Origin: Candidatus Omnitrophota bacterium
Lineage (GTDB): Bacteria > Omnitrophota > Gorgyraeia > B26-G9
DNA length: 36,843 bases
Assembly (NCBI GenBank): GCA_022013205.1
Contig: JAKLQT010000244.1
Location: forward strand, 1-36,843
Direction: 5' to 3'
Within the stretch, counting starts at the first letter, position 1. Every line of letters starts with the position of its first letter. The notes under the pieces are model-generated. The model did not search any database. It saw only the letters and a list, made by a program, of their open reading frames with translations, and had not been told where the DNA came from. This document shows, piece by piece, positions 27,268 through 35,275 of the stretch. The position numbers and the translations under genes were made by a program.

Positions 27268-30200
27268 TTATACGGCTGATTCTATGGTAGAGTGCGGCGA
27301 TAACGGTTGTATTGTGTGCCGCAGAGTGAGAGTAGGTACTTTTACATTTTGAACCTTCCCCTTGGAGTTAGGAACTACCCTTTTATCCTTTCCGCCTGGA
27401 GCCTGATTGATTTTAGAGATAGTCTCATGGGGAACATAAGGAACTATAATTTCTCCCAAATCCAGGATGTTTAACCGCGGCTTCTCCGGATTTCGCTTAT
27501 CAACATAATAAAAATCCACATTGTAACGCATTTTTGCCGTATCCATTACTCCGTTTTTTACCGGATGTCCTAACCGTGTAATAACCGTATCACTAATTTC
27601 AAACCTATTGACAACCCTGATATCTCCGCCTGTATACAGGGAACCGCTGGGGCCGGAATCTTTTGTCATCGCTTCCGCACTTTGCTTATATAATGTCATC
27701 AATGCTTTTTCTTCCAGCAAAGATAACCTCTCTTCCTTTACTGCTTGCTGAACACGGTTTAAAAAATCCGGCCGACAAAAATATGACCCGTAAGATTCCA
27801 CAAAAAAACTTTCCACCAGTTGCTTGCTTAAGTTACGCGCTTTAAGCTCCTTTTGCAAAAATACTTCGGGTAAAGCATGAAAATGAAAAGAGAAAACTCC
27901 GTTTATAAAACGCCGATCATCCAAGTTTTCGTAACTGTCGTCTTTTTCCGAATAAGACTGCACACTGTTCGGCCATAAAGTTCCGTCTTGTCTTAAATCC
28001 CAGATTCCTCCGTATTCGGTGGTGTGATCAAACATATCCTTAGCGCCGATTTCGCTCAATCTTGCGGCTAGTTGCGGATTATGCAAGGCCTTCTCTACGA
28101 GTACGAGGCGTAAAAGAGCCAGATTGGAAAATCTTTCAAATGCCGGACGTTCGGTGTAATCAGAAGACGGCTTTATTTTCTTTGGGCCATCTTCTGTCCA
28201 AATGGTTATCGGCAAATCATCCCTTTTCTGTCGTGGGAAAGCCTTACGGGTTAATATATCCTTAATTTCACGGATCATTGCCTGACGGTCAAACAGCATC
28301 TTTTCAAGCTCTGGCGAAATCTCATTTAAAAGCAGCACATCGCTGATAGTCACCCGTTCTCCCAGAGTTTCCAATCTGTTGATAATTCCTTCCATTCTTT
28401 CCCGGTTAAATTTTTCGGCTATTCTTATCACTGTTAAAAAAGAGGAGCTGTGCAATTGCCTGATATAAAAACGCGTCTTAATAAATGAAACTACATCCTT
28501 AAATCGCAAAGAAAAAAGCAGGCTCATTTTTTCGCGGTCCTTTGCAACCGAATCGTAGAGTTCGGATAATTTCATAAGATCACGGATATCTTTTGCCCCC
28601 CCGTAAAATTGTTTGATGATTTTCTCGCTGAACCTTAAGAAATTATTGTCCTTCAAGTTATGAACAAACCGTTTGTCCGAATACGCGGCCATGGCCGCTA
28701 TTTTCAGCGGCTTATAGTCACGATAATTCGTCTTTAAATCAAAACCAAGCCGCGCCAGTTTATCCAGCACAAAAACCGTCTCAGGAGTGTAGTTATCTGA
28801 AATGTCCAAGGCTTTCAACAATATTTTTTCCTTCGTCCCTTTCCCCGGATACATGCGGGAAAAGAAGGCATTGAGCTCATCATATATCGGCCGCATTGAC
28901 GGTTTTTCCAGATCTTCCAACAGATAATCTATTGTAAAAATGGAAATATTATTTGAAAATTCCACAATTTCAATTTTACTGAATCCATATTTTTTTTGTA
29001 AAATATTCGCGGCTTTGAGAAATTTCTCAACATCTATCAACTTATAACATAAAAACCACTGTAACCATGCCAGGGGAACTTTTCCCTCAACAAGTTCTCC
29101 TTTTTTCTGGAAATACTCAACAAAATATTCTTTCCATAGTTTACCCTTCTTTTGCGCCTCGAGGTCATATGCTTCTATCAGCAAACGCGCATTATTTAAG
29201 AAACCAACTTTGTCATAAAAATCATTCAGGGCCGTAAGCACAACAGGTTTGCCGTCCTCAATCCGGCTTATTAAGCGATATTGTTTCTTCAGCTTTACAA
29301 ATTTTTCGGCATTCTTTTTATCCAAATAAAAATCGCGTTCTTCCGGGTTGAGCAATATCTCAATAAACCGGTCAAATCCCAGGCTGCTTAACTGCCAATT
29401 TTTTATCAAAACATCATAGAGAGTAGCGGTAACAGGCGATTGCAACTGCTCATAAATTTGTTTGAAATTCAAATCATATTCCGCCGCTTTACCAAATATG
29501 TTCTCTTGCGGCAATACTACTGCCTTGAAATTTTTTTTCTCTAAAAGATTTATGATTTTGATCCTGGTTTTAACATCTTCCAATTTGAATTCCGGCATGC
29601 CTCTTGTCCTTAAACGCTGTATACTGTCATTCAACCGCCAAAAATCCTGCTGCGAACCATAAGCCTTAATAATATGGGTCATCACCCCCAGAGACATCCG
29701 GTTTTTTAATTCAGGATAGCGCGCAGTTAATTTATCAACGAATCTCCGGAAGTTACGGTTATCGGCAGAAGGAAAGACATAGCTTCCGGCATAGTCTGAG
29801 GTGAAATCAAGCTTACCGAGATTAGTATTAAAAAGGCTTAACAGGGAATCATAACGCATTAAAAAATCCTTAAACTCAGCGGGGCTCATCTCATCCGTCG
29901 CCCAAACCTCCAGATACTTATCTACAAGCTCAAGCTTTCTTAGATTAAAAGCGCCGGCTATCTTATATAACAATTTCCAGAATAAACTATCTTTCTGCCT
30001 ATAAAAACTACTTCTCAGTGACAAAACATCACTGTGACCGAGAAACTCGCTTACTGTCTCATATGCAACTCTCTGCGGATATTTATCCTTAAAATAGGAC
30101 CAGATCGTTAATGACAAGGGATGACTTAAAGATTCCATTTTATCCTTATCCACTTCAACCAGACTTTTAAAATCAGATACATCTTCGATTTTAACTCCAT

Positions 30201-31323
30201 ATGTTGAGCGGAGAAATACATATTGCCGCGCCCATTTTTTAACGGTTTTTTCGTAATCAATTTTCTCTCGCAATGGGCTTTCAGCAAGAGCAGTCAAAAT
30301 CCTTATATTCAGAAGGTAACTGATATCAAATTCTACGCCCAACGGTTTAAAATACTGTTTAAGAACAGAAAAAGACTGCGTTATCCGGCCGGACACAAAC
30401 TGCTCCAAATGGGGAGGCGATAAATATATATCCAGCGCTTGGGACAGATAATTGTTTGGAGTTATGTTATACATTTTTTCCAAAAAATCACAAAATACCC
30501 TAAACTCCGGACTTTTTAAAGTATGTAAATATATCTTTTTTTCTTTTTCCTCTTTCGTGATAATGGTAAAGATTTCTAAAAAAGGGACATCAGCGGTTTG
30601 CAAATCCAGATTTTCCGCCGCCCATAACAATGTTTCTTTAAACTCGCGCGAGGAGATAATTACCTTAATTTCAGCAAGAGTTTTTTTCAGGAGACTCCTA
30701 TCAAATTCAATCAATTCGAATGAAAATTGTTCGTTGAATTCCCGTAAGATTGAAAGCATTTGCGCATTTTCCAGGGTAAAAAATTTTCGTTTTGTAATAC
30801 CGGGATTCCTGCCCTTGTGCCAGTCGAAAACTAAATCCCATCTGTACCATCCCTGCGCCCTCAATATTAATAAGAGATCTTTCGCGGGAATGGATTCCAG
30901 TGTTACATCCCCGGCTATTAACTGCTCTCTGGTTGCCTGAAGTTCGGAAATATTTCTTGAGATGCCGGGAGGAAACAGCTGATGTCCGCTGAACCCAGGT
31001 ATTAGTCGGTCACCGGGTTGCATAAGCATTAAAAGAGCAGACATTGTTAATATGGCTTTTTTTATTTTACTCAGTCTTTTTGCTTCCAGAACAAAATCGG
31101 CATTGCCCTTTTCCGGAAGAACAATGTTTTCTGCTTGAAAAATCTGTTTTACATGTTCTTGCGAAATTTGGACGGCAGGAGCAAGCGTATCATAAGCTTT
31201 TTCTCCGCTAATGACCATGTCATTGCCGGCCATTCCCGTGGAAAAACAAAAAATTGGCGGAAAAATAAGTAAACTAATTAATTTTATTAATCTCGGGCTT
31301 AACTTTATTTTGTCTATCTTCAT
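27268..31323 (-). CDS. Large (1351 aa) IEQAI-family protein with C-terminal JAB/MPN-like motif
   Basis: Signal + DTLAPAVQI box, helical core, TTEYGG...FHFH...GPS...GGD, ends TIESAV*. Confidence 0.8.
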   Translation of the reverse strand: MKIDKIKLSPRLIKLISLLIFPPIFCFSTGMAGNDMVISGEKAYDTLAPAVQISQEHVKQIFQAENIVLPEKGNADFVLEAKRLSKIKKAILTMSALLMLMQPGDRLIPGFSGHQLFPPGISRNISELQATREQLIAGDVTLESIPAKDLLLILRAQGWYRWDLVFDWHKGRNPGITKRKFFTLENAQMLSILREFNEQFSFELIEFDRSLLKKTLAEIKVIISSREFKETLLWAAENLDLQTADVPFLEIFTIITKEEKEKKIYLHTLKSPEFRVFCDFLEKMYNITPNNYLSQALDIYLSPPHLEQFVSGRITQSFSVLKQYFKPLGVEFDISYLLNIRILTALAESPLREKIDYEKTVKKWARQYVFLRSTYGVKIEDVSDFKSLVEVDKDKMESLSHPLSLTIWSYFKDKYPQRVAYETVSEFLGHSDVLSLRSSFYRQKDSLFWKLLYKIAGAFNLRKLELVDKYLEVWATDEMSPAEFKDFLMRYDSLLSLFNTNLGKLDFTSDYAGSYVFPSADNRNFRRFVDKLTARYPELKNRMSLGVMTHIIKAYGSQQDFWRLNDSIQRLRTRGMPEFKLEDVKTRIKIINLLEKKNFKAVVLPQENIFGKAAEYDLNFKQIYEQLQSPVTATLYDVLIKNWQLSSLGFDRFIEILLNPEERDFYLDKKNAEKFVKLKKQYRLISRIEDGKPVVLTALNDFYDKVGFLNNARLLIEAYDLEAQKKGKLWKEYFVEYFQKKGELVEGKVPLAWLQWFLCYKLIDVEKFLKAANILQKKYGFSKIEIVEFSNNISIFTIDYLLEDLEKPSMRPIYDELNAFFSRMYPGKGTKEKILLKALDISDNYTPETVFVLDKLARLGFDLKTNYRDYKPLKIAAMAAYSDKRFVHNLKDNNFLRFSEKIIKQFYGGAKDIRDLMKLSELYDSVAKDREKMSLLFSLRFKDVVSFIKTRFYIRQLHSSSFLTVIRIAEKFNRERMEGIINRLETLGERVTISDVLLLNEISPELEKMLFDRQAMIREIKDILTRKAFPRQKRDDLPITIWTEDGPKKIKPSSDYTERPAFERFSNLALLRLVLVEKALHNPQLAARLSEIGAKDMFDHTTEYGGIWDLRQDGTLWPNSVQSYSEKDDSYENLDDRRFINGVFSFHFHALPEVFLQKELKARNLSKQLVESFFVESYGSYFCRPDFLNRVQQAVKEERLSLLEEKALMTLYKQSAEAMTKDSGPSGSLYTGGDIRVVNRFEISDTVITRLGHPVKNGVMDTAKMRYNVDFYYVDKRNPEKPRLNILDLGEIIVPYVPHETISKINQAPGGKDKRVVPNSKGKVQNVKVPTLTLRHTIQPLSPHSTIESAV

Positions 31324-31398
31324 ATGTCTGTTGAATTCGTTATATTCGTTTATCCCGTTTTTTTAGTTTTTCCGTTCTTAGGTCTTTTTGTTCTTTTA

Positions 31399-31457
31399 AG
31401 CTTGCGGCTTGTAGCTTGTGTAATGTAGCCTGTAGCATGAGTTCTATCAGCTATCAG
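31399..31457. repeat. Degenerate heptamer arrays (AGCTTGT/AGCCTGT and CTATCAG)
   Basis: agcttgc ggcttgt agcttgt...agcctgt agcatg, then ctatcag ctatcag. Confidence 0.6.
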
Positions 31458-31506
31458 TTCTTTTAAATAGTTATGCTCTATAATCAAGGTTAAAAATAAT
31501 CGTTAA

Positions 31507-31593
31507 AGTATACACTATTTTTGAAAATTTCGCAAAATAATCAAGCGGTAAATATAATTTGTGCTGCAACATATTGATATAATTAAAGTTAAA
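31507..31593 (-). promoter_or_regulatory. Family leader copy 4 (more diverged)
   Basis: TTGCGA-17-TATACT (31535-31507), TGCAAC-N17-GTTAAA (31565-31593) containing CAAcataTTGATA, a match to the IHF consensus YAANNNNTTGATW. Confidence 0.6.
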
Positions 31594-31619
31594 GAAAAGG
31601 CTAAGTTAACGCGGCAAAT

Positions 31620-32555
31620 TTATTTATTCTTAGCGGATAAATGCACACAAATTTGGCAGGCAATCTCTTTAGGCTGGTCCTCTTTTCTTGTCCGGATCCA
31701 GACAATATCCTTATCCTGCCTGAACCAGGTCAACTGGCGTTTGGCAAACCGGCGCGTATCGCGTTTAAGTATCTCCACAGCCTCCGCGAATGAACAGTCC
31801 CCGTCTATATAAGCAAACAATTGCTTTATACCTAATACCTGGCACGCGGTCTTACTCAGCTTCATAACCTTAAGCCGCCTTGCCTCTTCCAGGGCTCCCT
31901 GCCGCAGCATGGCATCAACTCGGCCTTCAATCCGCTGATAAAGCTCTCCGCGTTCCCTTTCCAGGCCGAACATCATCACCCGATATGACGCGTCCAGGCC
32001 GCTGATTTGCGTTTTGAGTTGAGAGATCGGCTTTTTATTCAGTTCATAGGCCTCAAGGCTGCGGATAACCCTGCGCAGATTATTCGGATGAATCTTTTTC
32101 GCCGCCTCCGGGTCCACCTTTTGCAGCCGTTCATAGAGGTAATCATTTCCCTTTTCTTCCGCCAGCTTCTGCAATTTTACACGCAGCTGCTTATCTTTGC
32201 CTTTATCTTCAAATAACCCTTTGGTTAATACCCGCACATACAATCCCGTGCCGCCGGCAATAAGCGGGATGTGATTACGCGAATGAATCTCCGGAATCAG
32301 CTTTAACGCCTTCTCGCGGAAAAGCGCCGCGCTGTATTCTTCATCAAGCTCCAGGCAATCAATAAGATGATGCACTGCCCGCGAACGCAGTGCCGCGGAA
32401 GGCTTCGCGTTGAGAATATCCATGCCGCGGTAAACCTGCATGGAATCCGCGGAGATAATCTCCGCGTTTATAAGGCAGGCAAGCTCTACGGCAACTTCCG
32501 ACTTTCCACTTGCCGTCGGACCAATTAAAAAGATAACTAATGGTTTTTTTAACAC
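31620..32555 (-). CDS. miaA: tRNA dimethylallyltransferase
   Basis: GPTASGKS, DSMQVYRGMDI, HHLID, GGTGLY, TRRFAKRQLTWFR. Confidence 0.97.
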   Translation of the reverse strand: MLKKPLVIFLIGPTASGKSEVAVELACLINAEIISADSMQVYRGMDILNAKPSAALRSRAVHHLIDCLELDEEYSAALFREKALKLIPEIHSRNHIPLIAGGTGLYVRVLTKGLFEDKGKDKQLRVKLQKLAEEKGNDYLYERLQKVDPEAAKKIHPNNLRRVIRSLEAYELNKKPISQLKTQISGLDASYRVMMFGLERERGELYQRIEGRVDAMLRQGALEEARRLKVMKLSKTACQVLGIKQLFAYIDGDCSFAEAVEILKRDTRRFAKRQLTWFRQDKDIVWIRTRKEDQPKEIACQICVHLSAKNK

Positions 32556-32604
32556 AATCTACGTCCTTACTTCGAAACTGAGACAATTATAACATACTTG
32601 AAGT

Positions 32605-32671
32605 CAGAAGTCAGACATCAGAAGACAGAAAAAATCAAAATCTGTATTCTGTTTTCTGTCGTCTGTCTTCT
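32605..32671. repeat. Inverted pair of heptamer arrays (CAGAnnn x4 / TCTGnnn x4) forming an imperfect hairpin
   Basis: cagaagt cagacat cagaaga cagaaaa (32605-32632) and tctgtat tctgttt tctgtcg tctgtct (32641-32668). Confidence 0.75.
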
Positions 32672-32673
32672 CC

Positions 32674-33450
32674 CTACGGGAAGATATGCGTCGGCAGGTT
32701 TTCTTTGTCTTTGAGCTGGTTTTCCATGTATTCCGCGGCAAGGCGGGAGGCAAACTCTCCGACGCGCACACGGTAGAGCTTTCCCTTGCGGGATTCCAAC
32801 GGCGTAATATACGCCTCATAACCTTTAGACTTCAGGTCATCATACAAACTCTGCGCGTTCTCCATAGAGGTAAAACAGCCGACCTGTATGGTAAAGAAAT
32901 TACCGCCCACGGTAGTGGCCTTTGCCAGTTGCGCCTCAAAGCTTTCCGGAAATTTCTTATGCAATTGGCTGAAATAATACTCCGATTTTGCCAATTCGCT
33001 TTTTCCCTGATAAGCCCTGCCTAACTTATAAAAAAGCATCGCCTGGTAATCGGTATCACTGCCCTTTGTCAGCAACTGGTCGTATATGCTCACCGCGTCA
33101 TCGTAATTATGCTGCATGAAATAGGTATCGGCAATCCCGATATATAATTCCGTGGAAAGCGGCTTCTGTATATAAGGAATCGCCTTACGGAACGCATCGC
33201 GCGCCTTTTCATAGTATTCCATATTAAACAGGCAAACGCCCTCGACATAAAAAATTTCGCCTTTTGCCGCTTTATCAGCAGCGCCGCGTTCAAGCCGGGA
33301 GCACTCGTTCAGGGCTTCCCCAAATTCGCCTCTAAGCATCTTCGCGAACACAGGGTCCAGGCTTTTTGTATACCCGTAGGCAAACAAATTGCCGGCCAAA
33401 ATGCTCATTAACCCAAAACAAATAATTATAACTATCAGTCTTTTACGCAT
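32674..33450 (-). CDS. Secreted TPR + SPOR peptidoglycan-binding protein
   Basis: Signal peptide, TPRs, SPOR domain FTIQVGCF...NAQSL...L...GYEAYI...LYRVRVGEF. Confidence 0.88.
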   Translation of the reverse strand: MRKRLIVIIICFGLMSILAGNLFAYGYTKSLDPVFAKMLRGEFGEALNECSRLERGAADKAAKGEIFYVEGVCLFNMEYYEKARDAFRKAIPYIQKPLSTELYIGIADTYFMQHNYDDAVSIYDQLLTKGSDTDYQAMLFYKLGRAYQGKSELAKSEYYFSQLHKKFPESFEAQLAKATTVGGNFFTIQVGCFTSMENAQSLYDDLKSKGYEAYITPLESRKGKLYRVRVGEFASRLAAEYMENQLKDKENLPTHIFP

Positions 33451-33709
33451 TGGATAACTTTCACCGGATATCGGCCGTTGGCCATAGACTACCTTTTCCC
33501 GTATTTTATCATATCCGGTGAATGTTAAAAAGAAATTATTACAAAGCGGATTCTGCAGGTCATTCGTAAATAATACGGCAGGGAGACATCAAGCCCTGCC
33601 TCCATCATCTCCCGCTCATCCAAAACAGCGTTATGCCGGTCTTCCAGCCATGGTGTGATCTTTTCCGCGCCGCCCTGATCTCCGAAAAATAAGATATCTA
33701 TGACCGGTC

Positions 33710-33738
33710 TTGCAGTTTTCGGAAATTTATGGTATATT
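33710..33738 (+). promoter_or_regulatory. Promoter of the 469-aa family member
   Basis: TTGCAG-17-TATATT with TG extension, same TTGCA/ATGGTATA style as the other family promoters. Confidence 0.55.
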
Positions 33739-33823
33739 TAATAACCTTTTGTAATAAATGATTAAATAAATAAGCAAATTTTAATACACAGAACACTTAT
33801 AAACCCCAAAAGTAAAATAAAAA

Positions 33824-35233
33824 ATGAACAAAAGAATATTCTTTAAAACAGTATCGTTCGTCCTTATTATATCATTTTTGTCGCTGGATATGTCTTGGGC
33901 GGGGGGAAGAATAATCCCTCCCTCTAAAAACAAAAACACACTCAGTCCATCTCTGCAAATAGATAGCCAAGAAATAAAAAATTCCCTGAAAACTCATTAT
34001 TTTAAATTATCAGCTCCTACTAAAATCAAAATAAACTCGGGACATATTAACCTTCAAAATTATAAGCGTCCTAAAGTACTTAATATATCAGAATTTATTA
34101 AGGGAATAAGCTTTTTATTAATATCTATTGGTATACTTAGTTTTATCTTACAAAAATTTATGGGCAGATTCACGGCAGAGTATATATCTATTAGTCTAAT
34201 CGTAGGCATTAGCGGTGCAATGATGACTATTCTCAATGAAGTGAGTATAGCAATTTTCGGCAGAGAATTCACAATAAATCTTACTTCGCTGCCTGAACTC
34301 GATATTGAAGGAGTTTCAAATTTAGCGCCAAAGATAAAAGATCGATTTTTAAACATGCTATATCGGCTTGGATTAAGAAATGAACTAAACTTTAAAAACC
34401 CAAGCCCCAGCGGAGATTTCGTAATTTTAGGGAGCAAAACGTTAAACATGGATGATGAAACGGTAAAAGTATATTTTGTCAATTCTCTTAATCCTATGAA
34501 ATCCTCTTTTGAAAATGGCCATGCTTTTATAACCAACCCCAAAGAACGAAAAATCCATGTCGTCCTTAATGTTATTGCGCAGGAAATTAATTGCGAAATT
34601 ATGCCTTATTTGGAAAAAGGTGAAATTAGACTGCCGCATAACGACCGATTAGCCTTAGAATTTAAAAACAATCCTGCACTTTTAAACAATCACAAAGAAA
34701 CAATAGCCTTGATTTATTCATTATTAGGAAGGGAATTTGAAGGCATGTCCAGGGAACAGGTAACCCAAAAAATCGTTAATGCTGCCATCAAGCACAAATT
34801 AACCCAGCTCTCTTTTAACTTAACCGGGCAAAAGATTGAAGACAAAAACCTTGACCTTTTACTAAAAATTAAAGACGGGACAACACCGTTTTTAGCGCTT
34901 AAAGCTCTATTATCTAACGCTATATTAGGAGAAGAGAGTAATGAAATCATAAAAATGCTCGGCAAGGAATTATCATATCCGCATTCATCCGCAACAACCT
35001 ACCAGGATTGGCTTGAAACCTCCGGGATACTCAAAATAGAACATTCAGAACTCAAAAAAATAGCGAAAGAAATTTATTATCAAATCAGGCAAAAAACAGA
35101 AGCACAAAATTCAATACCTTCTGAAACTTTAGGAGTGAAAACTTTGAGCAGTATTCCCCCTCTGCCCCCCAGCCTATCGATGCTCGCCGGCAATCCGCAG
35201 CACTCTATGTTACCTTTCGAACAAGCGATTTAA
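33824..35233 (+). CDS. IEQAI-family membrane-anchored protein (469 aa)
   Basis: Signal MNKRIFFKTVSFVLIISFLSLDMSWA + TLSPSLQI box, two TM segments, Pro/Ser-rich linker, ends PFEQAI*. Confidence 0.82.
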   Translation: MNKRIFFKTVSFVLIISFLSLDMSWAGGRIIPPSKNKNTLSPSLQIDSQEIKNSLKTHYFKLSAPTKIKINSGHINLQNYKRPKVLNISEFIKGISFLLISIGILSFILQKFMGRFTAEYISISLIVGISGAMMTILNEVSIAIFGREFTINLTSLPELDIEGVSNLAPKIKDRFLNMLYRLGLRNELNFKNPSPSGDFVILGSKTLNMDDETVKVYFVNSLNPMKSSFENGHAFITNPKERKIHVVLNVIAQEINCEIMPYLEKGEIRLPHNDRLALEFKNNPALLNNHKETIALIYSLLGREFEGMSREQVTQKIVNAAIKHKLTQLSFNLTGQKIEDKNLDLLLKIKDGTTPFLALKALLSNAILGEESNEIIKMLGKELSYPHSSATTYQDWLETSGILKIEHSELKKIAKEIYYQIRQKTEAQNSIPSETLGVKTLSSIPPLPPSLSMLAGNPQHSMLPFEQAI

Positions 35234-35275
35234 TCGGGAATCTGGAATTTTAAATCAACTATTATATAGCATCAA

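Noticed and set aside
14853-31323. Family array as integron, prophage or DGR target region
   Set aside because: No integrase, attC-like GTTRRRY structures, phage genes, reverse transcriptase or adenine-specific TR/VR pair was seen.
33525-33737. Stop-free minus frame (RPVIDILFFGDQGGAEKITPWLEDR...) and small GGCAGGG/CCCTGCC hairpin
   Set aside because: No start codon or RBS at its 5' end and no recognisable homology. It may be a relic but cannot be supported.
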